From a virus (Duplodnaviria > Caudoviricetes): a stretch of DNA of 64,000 nt. The stretch is from the IMG/VR virus record IMGVR_UViG_3300020365_000001. One strand, 5' to 3'. The translations under genes and the position numbers were made by a program. Under the pieces are notes generated by a model, which saw nothing but the letters and a program-made list of their open reading frames with translations, ran no database searches and was not told the DNA's origin. Below, one piece after another: positions 17,608-27,047 of the stretch; the stretch's first letter is position 1; every line of letters begins with the position of its first letter.

Positions 17608-17734
17608 GATTGTTTCTCTCTCTTTCTATATGTAGGGAATATTTTACCCCAAACAATTTGAACAGAGGAATAATTCTTGCGAAGTTTGGTTTCCTTTTGC
17701 GGTTGCGAAGAAGGAGTTCAAACCCCTTGTTCAT
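17597..17734 (-). CDS. Small hypothetical protein
   Basis: MNKGFELLLRNR..., fills the operon gap. Confidence 0.5.
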   Translation of the reverse strand: MNKGFELLLRNRKRKPNFARIIPLFKLFGVKYSLHIERERNNHVS

Positions 17735-17736
17735 GG

Positions 17737-17973
17737 TCAGATCATCTCTCGATCCTGAAGATACTTCAAAGTTTCTTTGCATCCACCTATCGCTTTGTTG
17801 TTGATGGATACTTGAGGAAACGTTGCTGCCTCCTCAAATTCCAGAATGAATTGTTCTCGTGTGAAATCTTTGTCTAGTTTATACTCGATATAATCGATGT
17901 CAACAGAGGCGAAGAGTTGCTTGACCCTATCACACCACTGACAATTATCGCGGGAGTAAACTACTGCCTTCAT
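17737..17973 (-). CDS. nrdC: Glutaredoxin
   Basis: CQWC, TFPQV, IGGC. Confidence 0.92.
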   Translation of the reverse strand: MKAVVYSRDNCQWCDRVKQLFASVDIDYIEYKLDKDFTREQFILEFEEAATFPQVSINNKAIGGCKETLKYLQDREMI

Positions 17974-18151
17974 AAGTCGGTATGCTTTTTATGTAATCGG
18001 AAAATAAATCGGCACCTTCCGTTAGAGAAGATGCCATTTGTCGGAATCCAGTTCCAACATAAATTTGCCCCGCCACCACTGAGACAGTTGCGATGCCCCA
18101 GAAGATGTAATACCATTTAGATTTGACTTGGTGTCGTCTAATCTTTTTCAT
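17945..18151 (-). CDS. Small membrane protein (GQIY motif)
   Basis: WYYIFWG..TVSVVAGQIYVG; directly downstream of a promoter. Confidence 0.65.
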   Translation of the reverse strand: MKKIRRHQVKSKWYYIFWGIATVSVVAGQIYVGTGFRQMASSLTEGADLFSDYIKSIPTYEGSSLLPR

Positions 18152-18171
18152 AATAAGGAGGTCACTCAGGT

Positions 18172-18200
18172 ATTATATCATCTTATTGCCTAGTGGTCAA
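18172..18200 (-). promoter_or_regulatory. sigma70-type promoter
   Basis: TTGACC-17nt-TATAAT. Confidence 0.7.
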
Positions 18201-18478
18201 TAAGAACCAGTGCGTGCTTTTTTCTTTTCGAGTTCAGCAACTTCCATCATCACTGCCTTCTTAGCCAATTCTTGATTGCGCCAGTAGTTCACAGTATCAG
18301 CATGAGCATCTTGCGAAAGTCGTTTCCAGCAACGTTCCCGGAAGCGCCACATAGGAGATGCATTCTCCGGAGGAGTAACATCTTTAGTGCCATCACTATC
18401 CAAAACTTGCTTTGTATGTTTCAGATCAGTACCAGTGTCAGATAGTGTAAGTCTCCTTGATAGTGACATTGATAACAC
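18197..18478 (-). CDS. Hypothetical protein
   Basis: ORF fills the gap between petF and a promoter. Confidence 0.5.
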   Translation of the reverse strand: MLSMSLSRRLTLSDTGTDLKHTKQVLDSDGTKDVTPPENASPMWRFRERCWKRLSQDAHADTVNYWRNQELAKKAVMMEVAELEKKKARTGSY

Positions 18479-18500
18479 AACTATACTACATCAACTTTAT

Positions 18501-18791
18501 TTAGTACAGACTATCCTCTTGAGAGGACAAAATTGTGCAGTCGGAAGTGGGATAGGCAACGCAGGTGAGGACAAACCCTGCTTCAATTTGATCGTCGTCT
18601 AAGAATGATTGGTCGTCTTGATTTACTGTGCCCTCTACCACCTTGCCAGCACATGTAGAACATGCACCAGAGCGGCAGGAGTAATCAAGATCGATGCCTG
18701 CTTCTTCAGCAGCATCGAGCACGTAGGAGTCTTCAGGACAGTCGAAGGTTGTGTCTTCGCCTTCGGGGTTGCGGATTGTGATTTTGAACAT
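18501..18791 (-). CDS. petF: Plant-type [2Fe-2S] ferredoxin
   Basis: [14 protein letters not shown]...LTCVAYP; start moved to MFKITIR. Confidence 0.96.
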   Translation of the reverse strand: MFKITIRNPEGEDTTFDCPEDSYVLDAAEEAGIDLDYSCRSGACSTCAGKVVEGTVNQDDQSFLDDDQIEAGFVLTCVAYPTSDCTILSSQEDSLY

Positions 18792-18796
18792 TGAAA

Positions 18797-19120
18797 TTAT
18801 TGAACGTGAACTGTACCAATCATGCCAGCGCCTTTGTGAGGAGCACACCAGTAGGTGTAGTCACCAACTTCAGGGAAGGTGACATCAAACTCTTCACCAG
18901 GGAGCATTGCAAGTGATTCGTGGGCAAGGTCAGGGCGACCCTCCACAATCACATTGTGAGGTGGTAGCATGTTGTTTACAAAGTGGACTGATTCCCCGGC
19001 AGAGATGGTAACCTCTGCGGGATCAAATACTAGGTTGCCATTGGCACCCATTTGAACGTCCACTGCCCAAACAGGTGCAGCGAGAAAGAGTGTAGCGAAT
19101 AGAGCAATCAGAAGCTTCAT
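18797..19120 (-). CDS. petE: Plastocyanin
   Basis: Signal peptide, [15 protein letters not shown]. Confidence 0.96.
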   Translation of the reverse strand: MKLLIALFATLFLAAPVWAVDVQMGANGNLVFDPAEVTISAGESVHFVNNMLPPHNVIVEGRPDLAHESLAMLPGEEFDVTFPEVGDYTYWCAPHKGAGMIGTVHVQ

Positions 19121-19147
19121 TTGTGATTCGCGGTCCCATTATATAGA

Positions 19148-19215
19148 CAAAAAAAGTAGGGGAGTCCTGGGTTTTGCCAGGATCCCCTAACGCGGCGACG
19201 ATATGTCACTATTTA
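19148..19215 (-). ncRNA. Candidate late small RNA (or only a strong terminator)
   Basis: CTAAATA, then ATATCGTCGCCGC leader, 13-bp bulged GC hairpin and U7. Confidence 0.4.
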
Positions 19216-19393
19216 GGAATTCCTTTTCATTTTGGTAGGGTGTGGTCTCGCCTGTCCAAAGTCTATAACCTTGTATAACTTCAGGAACTAACCATTCATC
19301 AACTCGGTAACAATATTTCCAGTTAGCGGGTTGAATGCAATTCATTACAACTACATTCCAGAACGCTACCAGATGTATCACTAGTGTTTGCAT
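19187..19393 (-). CDS. Small conserved cyanophage protein
   Basis: NCIQPANWKYC...WLVP motif. Confidence 0.6.
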   Translation of the reverse strand: MQTLVIHLVAFWNVVVMNCIQPANWKYCYRVDEWLVPEVIQGYRLWTGETTPYQNEKEFLNSDISSPR

Positions 19394-19547
19394 TCCAGTG
19401 CCTCACCACTCCAGATACGATAAAAGCGTTAGTGACCATGTAACTAACAAAAATAATGGTGCGTACGATAGCAACGTAATCATCATAAGGAGCTGTCTTG
19501 TCGTCACTAAAACTGCCTAGACTATACTTCCAGATTTTGTAAAGCAT
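19323..19547 (-). CDS. Small membrane protein
   Basis: IWKYSLGSFSD.KT..YD...VRT...TN.FIVSGVVRHW. Confidence 0.65.
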   Translation of the reverse strand: MLYKIWKYSLGSFSDDKTAPYDDYVAIVRTIIFVSYMVTNAFIVSGVVRHWNANTSDTSGSVLECSCNELHSTR

Positions 19548-19551
19548 CCAT

Positions 19552-19576
19552 GAAAAAAGGGGGTCGAGACCCCCTC
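19552..19576 (-). terminator. psbD terminator
   Basis: GGGGGTC-TC-GACCCCC followed by a T-run. Confidence 0.75.
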
Positions 19577-19582
19577 AGTATA

Positions 19583-20638
19583 TCACAGAGCGTTGCCTCT
19601 TGGCAATACTTCTTCTGGGAAGATGAAGTTCTCATGTGGTTGGTCGGCAGGTGCCATCCAAGCACGGAGACCTTCGTTCAGAAGGATGTTCTTGGTGTAG
19701 AACGTCTCGAACTCTGGGTCTTCTGCTGCTCTGATCTCTTGGGATACAAAGTCGTAAGCCCTAAGGTTGAGAGCAAGACCAATAATACCGATGGAACTTG
19801 TCCAAAGACCCATAACAGGAACAAAGAGCATAAAGAAATGCAACCAACGCTTATTGCTAAATGCAATACCGAAGATCTGAGACCAGAAACGATTGGCAGT
19901 AACCATCGAATAGGTTTCCTCTTCTTGGGTTGGTTCAAATGCTTTGAACGTGTTTGCCTGTTCACCATCTTCAAACAGTGTGTTCTCTACAGTCGCACCA
20001 TGAATGGCACAGAGCAGTGCTCCACCTAGGATACCTGCTACGCCCATCATGTGGAAGGGGTTCAGGGTCCAGTTGTGAAATCCTTGGAGGAACAACAGAA
20101 ATCTGAAGATTGCTGCGACACCGAAGGATGGAGCAAAGAACCAACTGCTTTGCCCCAAAGGATAGATGAGGAAAACAGAAACAAAGACAGCAATGGGACC
20201 AGAGAAAGCAATCGCATTGTAAGGACGGATACCGATGAGACGTGCCAATTCAAATTGGCGAAGCATGAAACCTATGAGAGCAAAGGCTCCGTGGAGCGCC
20301 ACAAAAGCCCAGAGTCCCCCAAGCTGGCACCACCTGATGAAATCCCCCTGAGACTCAGGACCCCAAAGTAGAAGAAGAGAATGACCCATAGCATCAGCAG
20401 GCGTTGACACAGCCGCTGTAAGGAAATTAGCACCCTCAAGGTAACTACTTGCGAGTCCGTGGGTGTACCAGCTCGTAACAAACGTTGTGCCAGTAAGCCA
20501 GCCACCAATTGCAAGATAAGCAGTGGGAAAAAGAAGTAGTCCAGACCAACCCACAAAGACAAAGCGATCTCGTTTAAGCCAGTCATCCAGGACATCGAAC
20601 CACCCCCTTGTTGGTTGTTGTAGTGTTGATGCTACCAT
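19583..20638 (-). CDS. psbD: Photosystem II D2 protein
   Basis: [16 protein letters not shown]...[10 protein letters not shown]. Confidence 0.99.
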   Translation of the reverse strand: MVASTLQQPTRGWFDVLDDWLKRDRFVFVGWSGLLLFPTAYLAIGGWLTGTTFVTSWYTHGLASSYLEGANFLTAAVSTPADAMGHSLLLLWGPESQGDFIRWCQLGGLWAFVALHGAFALIGFMLRQFELARLIGIRPYNAIAFSGPIAVFVSVFLIYPLGQSSWFFAPSFGVAAIFRFLLFLQGFHNWTLNPFHMMGVAGILGGALLCAIHGATVENTLFEDGEQANTFKAFEPTQEEETYSMVTANRFWSQIFGIAFSNKRWLHFFMLFVPVMGLWTSSIGIIGLALNLRAYDFVSQEIRAAEDPEFETFYTKNILLNEGLRAWMAPADQPHENFIFPEEVLPRGNAL

Positions 20639-20640
20639 TA

Positions 20641-20901
20641 CTATTTAAAACCTCCATTTGATTTTTTCTTGTTTTGTTTCCTATCCAAGACATTTACTTT
20701 GCAGTTGCCCCAGTTACGAACAGATTCAAACCAATATAACCTGAGTTGATCGTAATCATCAAAGATAATTGATTGTCCGTTGCATTCTAACTGGTATTGA
20801 TGTCTATCGTAGGGTTCATCAGAGGTTTGTTCAAACCATGCAGGCAATTCTTTAGGTCCTGCAGATAGAACTCTTTCCTCTGGATCGAGTTTTCCAATCA
20901 T
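20641..20901 (-). CDS. Hypothetical protein between psbA and psbD
   Basis: [10 protein letters not shown] motif, C-terminal GGFK. Confidence 0.7.
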   Translation of the reverse strand: MIGKLDPEERVLSAGPKELPAWFEQTSDEPYDRHQYQLECNGQSIIFDDYDQLRLYWFESVRNWGNCKVNVLDRKQNKKKSNGGFK

Positions 20902-20933
20902 GAGAATAAGTAATATTACTTAACATTTGAAGA

Positions 20934-20963
20934 GAAAAAGAAAGGGTCCCGAAGGACCCTCCC
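20934..20963 (-). terminator. psbA terminator
   Basis: AGGGTCC-TTCG-GGACCCT followed by a T-rich tail. Confidence 0.85.
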
Positions 20964-20981
20964 TTAACTATTCAGTTTGTA

Positions 20982-22058
20982 TCAACCGATAGAAGGAGCG
21001 GTGAGTGCTACAGGAGTAGACTCTGCTGCTGCCAGGTCGAGAGGGAAGTTGTGAGCATTACGCTCATGCATAACTTCCATACCCAGACCAGCGCGGTTGA
21101 GTACATCTGCCCAGGTGTTCAGAACACGACCTTGACCATCAATAATGGATTGATTGAAGTTGAAGCCGTTGAGGTTGAACGCCATGGTGGAGACGCCGAG
21201 GGCGGTAAACCAGATTCCCACGACGGGCCATGCTGCGAGGAAGAAGTGCAGCGAACGGGAGTTGTTGAACGATGCATATTGGAAGATAAGACGACCGAAA
21301 TATCCATGAGCAGCAACGATGTTATAGGTCTCTTCTTCTTGACCGAACTTGTAACCATAGTTCTGGGACTCAGACTCAGTGGTTTCGCGAACCAAGGAGG
21401 AGGTCACAAGACTACCGTGCATAGCACTGAACAGTGAACCACCGAACACACCGGCAACGCCGAGCATGTGGAAGGGGTGCATCAGGATGTTATGCTCCGC
21501 CTGGAAAACCAACATGTAGTTGAATGTACCAGAAATACCAAGAGGCATAGCATCACTAAACGAACCCTGCCCAAAAGGATAGACAAGGAAGACTGCTGAT
21601 GCGGCAGCGACGGGAGCGGAGTAAGCAACACAGATCCAAGGGCGCATGCCCAGACGATAGGAAAGTTCCCACTCACGACCCATGTAGGCATAGATGCCGA
21701 TGAGGAAGTGGAAGATGACAAGTTGGAAAGGACCACCATTATACAGCCACTCGTCGAGTGATGCTGCTTCCCAGATGGGATAGAAGTGGAGACCGATTGC
21801 ATTGCTAGAAGGAACAACAGCACCAGAGATGATGTTGTTGCCATACATCAGAGAACCAGCGACGGGTTCCCGGATACCGTCGATATCGACGGGGGGTGCT
21901 GCCACGAAGGCAACGATGAAGCAGACAGTTGCTGCCAACAGAGTAGGGATCATCAGTACACCAAACCAACCGACATACAGACGGTTGTTAGTGGACGTAA
22001 CCCACTCGCAGAAATTCTCCCAGGATGATTGTTGGGAGCGTGAAAGAGTAGCGGACAT
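20982..22058 (-). CDS. psbA: Photosystem II D1 protein (no intron)
   Basis: NRLYVGWFG...[13 protein letters not shown]. Confidence 0.99.
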   Translation of the reverse strand: MSATLSRSQQSSWENFCEWVTSTNNRLYVGWFGVLMIPTLLAATVCFIVAFVAAPPVDIDGIREPVAGSLMYGNNIISGAVVPSSNAIGLHFYPIWEAASLDEWLYNGGPFQLVIFHFLIGIYAYMGREWELSYRLGMRPWICVAYSAPVAAASAVFLVYPFGQGSFSDAMPLGISGTFNYMLVFQAEHNILMHPFHMLGVAGVFGGSLFSAMHGSLVTSSLVRETTESESQNYGYKFGQEEETYNIVAAHGYFGRLIFQYASFNNSRSLHFFLAAWPVVGIWFTALGVSTMAFNLNGFNFNQSIIDGQGRVLNTWADVLNRAGLGMEVMHERNAHNFPLDLAAAESTPVALTAPSIG

Positions 22059-22069
22059 TGAAAAAAGGG

Positions 22070-22200
22070 TTAGGTATGAGTGCGGGGAACACTAGGTAAG
22101 ATATTCCTTCCTCACCCTCAGAGGAAGGTATTAGAGACTGTTGTTTAGTGTCGCTGTTTAGTCCCGGTGAGGCGACAAGTAGGTGAGGAAAACCTCACAC
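22070..22200 (-). ncRNA. Structured psbA 5' leader (PhotoRC-II-like motif)
   Basis: Hairpins GTGAGG/CCTCAC, GTCGC/GCGAC and CCTTCCTC/GAGGAAGG after AGTCTCTAATA; resembles the cyanophage psbA leader motif. Confidence 0.55.
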
Positions 22201-22204
22201 GAGT

Positions 22205-23107
22205 TTATTTATCGTTACAATTATTAGACTCTTGTAACGGCATTGTGGGTCGTACTACATTACGCAGTACAAACTCTGAGAAATCAAACCGAGCATAAAT
22301 CTGATGCATGCCCGTAATATTTCTCAACTCCTTGAGTATAGCAGATCTTTGCTTATATTGCAAGGGGTGTCCCGCTTGAGGATGACGCTTGCGTCGATAC
22401 TGCTTGCCGCGAGACCCAAAAAGTATACCACAACTACCAGGCATGTGCTTGATCGTGCCGTCTGGTTGCTTCTCCCTTGAGATCCAACCATCTTCTATAA
22501 TATTCAGTTCCATCTTAGTCAACTGCCTAGCAGTATCAAAGGAGATCTGATCTCTGTTAGGACCTATCAATGAATACTTCCACCAAAGGTCACCAAACTC
22601 TTCGTACTCATCGTTCATGGTCCTCCAGATGGATGCCAACACTGGACTACAATACTGTTTGAAGTTGTATCCCAGTTCTTTGATGGTCTTTGTGATAAGT
22701 ATCTGATCATCCCAGGTATTCATGGATGCCATGAACCCCTCCAACACTTCATCTAGGTAAGAAAACTTCTCACAGTGCCTCATGATGGTGAATGGTGCCT
22801 GCTCAAAGTAGTTCTTACATTGCTCAGCGTACCTCTCAGTCATCACATAGCATCCATCCAACCACACAGTCTGCTCCCCCTTAGGAAAGACCTTATGTGG
22901 ATTGATCTTGACAAACGCTGACCGTCTACGGTGACATGGATGGTCACAAGGTATCTCCCTGAACTCCCACGGTCCTTTCTTTTCAACAGTCCCGTCAGTA
23001 AACATTACATACTGGATGTCAGGATCGTAGTAATGCTCATCAGGAATCTCATCATACCCATTGGTGATGCAACTGTATATTATCATCCGTGATGCTTCTC
23101 TATCCAT
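22205..23107 (-). CDS. DUF616/TOD1-MUCI70 glycosyltransferase-like protein
   Basis: IYSCITNGYD, YVMFTD, KINPH, VWLDG, NRDQISF. Confidence 0.75.
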   Translation of the reverse strand: MDREASRMIIYSCITNGYDEIPDEHYYDPDIQYVMFTDGTVEKKGPWEFREIPCDHPCHRRRSAFVKINPHKVFPKGEQTVWLDGCYVMTERYAEQCKNYFEQAPFTIMRHCEKFSYLDEVLEGFMASMNTWDDQILITKTIKELGYNFKQYCSPVLASIWRTMNDEYEEFGDLWWKYSLIGPNRDQISFDTARQLTKMELNIIEDGWISREKQPDGTIKHMPGSCGILFGSRGKQYRRKRHPQAGHPLQYKQRSAILKELRNITGMHQIYARFDFSEFVLRNVVRPTMPLQESNNCNDK

Positions 23108-23916
23108 TCGTATAGAAACTCTTTGTTTCTCCAGTGTTTATTGTATAGTATATGGTTCATACCCACAATCTCTTTGACCTGTAGTAACATATCATTCATA
23201 GTCTTCCATTGATCTTTTGATCCTGCTTTTGGATGCTTCTTTCTTCTACCCACATTACCTTCTCTTCCCCTACCCTTACCATCAACACCTCTAAAGTTTA
23301 CTCCTGACTCTAACCAGTCAATAGTATGCCACTCTAGTCCTGTGATTTGTTTTGCTACCACAAATGCTATCTGATCACACCTTGTAGATACCTGTGACAG
23401 ATGCCACCATAGTTCATTGAACTCAGCATTACCAACAGTGTTCCAGAATGATGCCAAGATAGGGTTAGTATATTTTCTAAAGTCGAATCCTATATTGTCA
23501 GCAGATTTTGTGATATTTACTATATCTTCCACAGTATTATATGATGCTATGTAACTCTCTGCTATCTCCTCGTAGTATGTGAAACTCATGGGGTGTCTCA
23601 TGTGTACTCTAGTATGGTTCTCAAATAATTTTTTAGTGTACTGTACATACTCTTCAGTCATAACATAACAACCATCTATCCACACTACCCTATCTCCTTC
23701 AGAGAATAGTTTGTGCTGCATTATCTTAGGATAGAGTGATAACCTTAGAGGACAGTCATGTTTGATTGGTATATCTCTGAACTCCCATGCTCCCTTGTGT
23801 TCAATTGATCCATCTGTGAACATAACATACCTAATGTCTGGATCATAGTAATGATCGTCAGGTATCTCATCATATCCATTAGTAATACATGAGTAGATTG
23901 TTATCCTAGAATCCAT
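23083..23916 (-). CDS. DUF616-like glycosyltransferase paralog
   Basis: IYSCITNGYD, YVMFTD, VWIDG, CDQIAF. Confidence 0.75.
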   Translation of the reverse strand: MDSRITIYSCITNGYDEIPDDHYYDPDIRYVMFTDGSIEHKGAWEFRDIPIKHDCPLRLSLYPKIMQHKLFSEGDRVVWIDGCYVMTEEYVQYTKKLFENHTRVHMRHPMSFTYYEEIAESYIASYNTVEDIVNITKSADNIGFDFRKYTNPILASFWNTVGNAEFNELWWHLSQVSTRCDQIAFVVAKQITGLEWHTIDWLESGVNFRGVDGKGRGREGNVGRRKKHPKAGSKDQWKTMNDMLLQVKEIVGMNHILYNKHWRNKEFLYEWIEKHHG

Positions 23917-24733
23917 TTACTATCACCAAGTTCTTATCATTTCTATTCCAATACCCTGATCTATTTCCAAACAACCAGTCACCTGTCTCCTTCATAATAG
24001 CAGCACGGTATCTCATTTGCATACTGAGTCCTGTAATCTTTGCTAGTTGATCTATGTATGGAGTAGGATCTACTTTTTCTCCCGCATACCTACCACCCTT
24101 GTTCTTCCACCAGGCACCATCGATAGGGTTAGAGTCAGACCACCTATTGATAAACTCACGGGACGCTGACCATCCGTATGGCACGTCAGCAAGTTGCAAT
24201 GCTACCGCAAGAGACAACTGGTCTCTCCTACCACCTTGCATATACCACTCCCACCAAAGACTATCAATACTACTGGGTCCGTTACGCCAGATGACAGTTC
24301 CTAATGGCGAGAAGAATTTAGCAAAGTTATATCCTGAGGTAGAAACCTTGCTGGTAAAATCAATGATTGTCTCAGAGTCAACCAGTCCTCTGTGTATATG
24401 CTCTGCACACTCCTCAAGATAGTAATACTTATGTGGGTGCTGCATCAAAAAGAAGTCATGATTACTCAGGACTTCTTCACTCACCTCTATAAACTTATCA
24501 TTGACAGTGTGTAATTTAGATGCATCAATATAAACACTCTTACCTTCTATAGGACATAATATTTTTGGATGACGTGACAGTCTAACAGGATCATCATGAG
24601 AATACTTTATCTCTCTTAGTTCCCAACCCTCTTGCTCTTCTACAGTGCCATCATGGTAACATATAAAGTGTTCGCCTGATTTGTTAGGTGGTAGTTGGAA
24701 GTATGCATTTGTGATTGCTGTATAGTAAATCAT
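23906..24733 (-). CDS. DUF616-like glycosyltransferase paralog
   Basis: YYTAITNAY, RHPKIL, VYIDAS, RRDQLSL. Confidence 0.72.
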   Translation of the reverse strand: MIYYTAITNAYFQLPPNKSGEHFICYHDGTVEEQEGWELREIKYSHDDPVRLSRHPKILCPIEGKSVYIDASKLHTVNDKFIEVSEEVLSNHDFFLMQHPHKYYYLEECAEHIHRGLVDSETIIDFTSKVSTSGYNFAKFFSPLGTVIWRNGPSSIDSLWWEWYMQGGRRDQLSLAVALQLADVPYGWSASREFINRWSDSNPIDGAWWKNKGGRYAGEKVDPTPYIDQLAKITGLSMQMRYRAAIMKETGDWLFGNRSGYWNRNDKNLVIVNGF

Positions 24734-26313
24734 ATCACTCCATAGTGTTTCATATAGAACCAGTGCTTATCATACTTGGCATACAGTCTGGGATTTAGTT
24801 TAGTAATTGGTTGCAACTTCTTCAGCAAATTATTTGCTGTCATGTATTGATCAAACTTACCCCGCTGAGTATGCTTACCTCTGCGTCCTACTTTATTGAA
24901 GAACCCAAGTTCAATACCACAATCATCTCTGTTGTCATAGAACTCTGGTTCGATACCAGTCAGTTGTCTAGCAACATCAAAAGGAATTGTATCCCTGTTG
25001 AACTTACCACTACCCCACTTATACCATGCCTGATCAAACTCACGTTGCTCGTCAGTCAGTGTTCTCCAAATGATTGTGCACTGAGGACTAGCATATTTTT
25101 TGAAGTCGTAGTCAGTCTCCCCCAATTTTTCCATGAAGTTCATGACACACTGCCTACTATAGAAAGCACATGTGTATCCTTCTAGGAGTTCATCGAGGAA
25201 AGAGAACTTACTACCATGCCTCAGCACTGAGAATGGGAATGACGTTCTACTATTTTCAATAAAGTCCTTTGTGAGTTTGAAGCACCCATCAATCCATACT
25301 GTGTGCGTTCCTTTAGGAAAGAACTCATGCGGGTTTGCCTTTACATAGAAAGCAAAGTCCCTAGGATCTTCTATATCTAAATCCAATTCCACATATTCCC
25401 ATGCTCCTACAGTGGTATCCATCTTCCCATCATGGAAACACACATACCTAACGTCAGGATCATAGTAACTGTCTTCAGGGAACTCGTCGTAGTTATTAGT
25501 GACGCAAGTAAAGACAACCAGATCTTTTACAGCATCACCATACTCATGTGGGATGTTGTCAACAGTCTTGTCGATGATATTCTTTACGAGATCTTTGAAC
25601 CCAAAGATCTGGTGCAGACTGTTCTGCAAGTCAACGATGTCTTTGTTCTTTGGTTTGGTAATAGGATATGATTGAATGTATTCTTTCTTCCTACCACTGT
25701 TGCTCAGATCTATCTGTAAGGGAATCCTATTGATCTTACACTCAGGTACCAGATACTCTGCCATAGAACTAGAGACCTGATCTCTATTCACACCACCCAT
25801 GTACCAGTCACGCCAGGTATTACACCACTTGATTACCTCAGGAGTCAATCTCCTCCACAGAACACAGTTGATAGTCTGCTTATAATATTCACCACGATAT
25901 CCTCTAGAGTGCATTAGTTTTGCCATCTCTATGATCTCAGAATGATCAGAGAAACCATAGGTACATAACTTATTGAATTCTGCGAACAGAGTTCTTTCCT
26001 CAGGATGAATCTGAATCGTAAAGTCAAACTCCTCCATCTTTCTAGAGAACTCTACAAACTCTTTCGTAATAGGATAGGAGGCGTCTATCCATACCGTAAA
26101 CTCACCCTCATCAAAGTAATGATGGGGCAAGTGTTTTGGGTGATAAGATTTTCTTACGAAGCACTCTTCAGTTTCTTCTAAAAGAACGTACTCCCAGGGT
26201 GCTTTCTGAGTTTCGATTGATCCATCATGAAAACAAACATACCTACAACTGGGGTCATAGTATGCATCAGGAACCCAGTCGTAGTCGTTTGTAATACAAG
26301 TATAGAATATCAA
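24730..26313 (-). CDS. Two-domain DUF616-like glycosyltransferase
   Basis: FYTCITNDYD...VWIDAS...RDQ, then VFTCVTNNYD...VWIDG...NRDT. Confidence 0.75.
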   Translation of the reverse strand: MIFYTCITNDYDWVPDAYYDPSCRYVCFHDGSIETQKAPWEYVLLEETEECFVRKSYHPKHLPHHYFDEGEFTVWIDASYPITKEFVEFSRKMEEFDFTIQIHPEERTLFAEFNKLCTYGFSDHSEIIEMAKLMHSRGYRGEYYKQTINCVLWRRLTPEVIKWCNTWRDWYMGGVNRDQVSSSMAEYLVPECKINRIPLQIDLSNSGRKKEYIQSYPITKPKNKDIVDLQNSLHQIFGFKDLVKNIIDKTVDNIPHEYGDAVKDLVVFTCVTNNYDEFPEDSYYDPDVRYVCFHDGKMDTTVGAWEYVELDLDIEDPRDFAFYVKANPHEFFPKGTHTVWIDGCFKLTKDFIENSRTSFPFSVLRHGSKFSFLDELLEGYTCAFYSRQCVMNFMEKLGETDYDFKKYASPQCTIIWRTLTDEQREFDQAWYKWGSGKFNRDTIPFDVARQLTGIEPEFYDNRDDCGIELGFFNKVGRRGKHTQRGKFDQYMTANNLLKKLQPITKLNPRLYAKYDKHWFYMKHYGVI

Positions 26314-27047
26314 TTCAGGTTCTCCCGTGCTTGCTGTTGCTGACCCATTGCCTCACTGATAGTACGCTCAGTCACGTTACCAGGTTCCCTGATAAACCAA
26401 CCAGTGGCAATGTACTTAGACTGTTCGCCAGTCAAGAAAGCACCACGGTGCATGTGGGTGTACGTAGCAGGCCACATAACAATAGTTCCCTTCTTAGGAT
26501 GGAACGTTTTCTCCTGGTGATAGAAGTCAGTACCTCCACCATTCTCCGGGGGGATGTCATTCAGATAGATCATCCACGTCAGCACACGGTCACGGTACAA
26601 GAAGTTACCGTTCTCACAATGCCATACATGGTATCCACCACCAGGATCTGTGCGTTGGATCTTACATGTCCAGGAAGAAATCGGATCACAAGAGTCAACC
26701 AGACCCTTGTACTTCTCCACATAGATCTCAAATGCTTGACCAATACACTGGTTGATTTGTGCAGTGATAGTCTGGTCAGCAAGTTCCAGATACAACTGGT
26801 GATCCTTGCGACCCATACCACCCTTGGCAAACTGACTGTTACCTTTGTTGAAATGATCTAGAGAAAACTCATGACCATCCAACTCAGTTACAGGGTGACG
26901 AGACTCTTCCCCAACAAAATACTTTTTGTTATACCAGAACTCAAATACATCAACAATGCTATCACAGAAGTCCCACTTCACAAAGTTCTCAAAGACACCA
27001 ATGTGTCCGTAGTCCTGCATTTCTGTAAATTGTGGTTGCTCTGTCAT
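26310..27047 (-). CDS. 2OG-Fe(II) oxygenase (prolyl hydroxylase-like)
   Basis: GGYHVWHCE, MIYLND...GGGTDF, WPATYTHMHRG, KYIATGW. Confidence 0.9.
   Translation of the reverse strand: MTEQPQFTEMQDYGHIGVFENFVKWDFCDSIVDVFEFWYNKKYFVGEESRHPVTELDGHEFSLDHFNKGNSQFAKGGMGRKDHQLYLELADQTITAQINQCIGQAFEIYVEKYKGLVDSCDPISSWTCKIQRTDPGGGYHVWHCENGNFLYRDRVLTWMIYLNDIPPENGGGTDFYHQEKTFHPKKGTIVMWPATYTHMHRGAFLTGEQSKYIATGWFIREPGNVTERTISEAMGQQQQARENLN

Noticed and set aside
20641-20901. Homing endonuclease between psbA and psbD
   Set aside because: Only 86 aa, with no HNH or GIY-YIG motif.
20910-20919. NtcA box in the palindrome
   Set aside because: Spacing is GTA-N4-TAC, not GTA-N8-TAC.
19550-22095. Antisense and alternate-frame ORFs over psbD/psbA (also over gp32, nrdAB, rfbH and 56944-58635)
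   Set aside because: Shadows of biased codon usage in well-supported genes; no motifs or expression signals.
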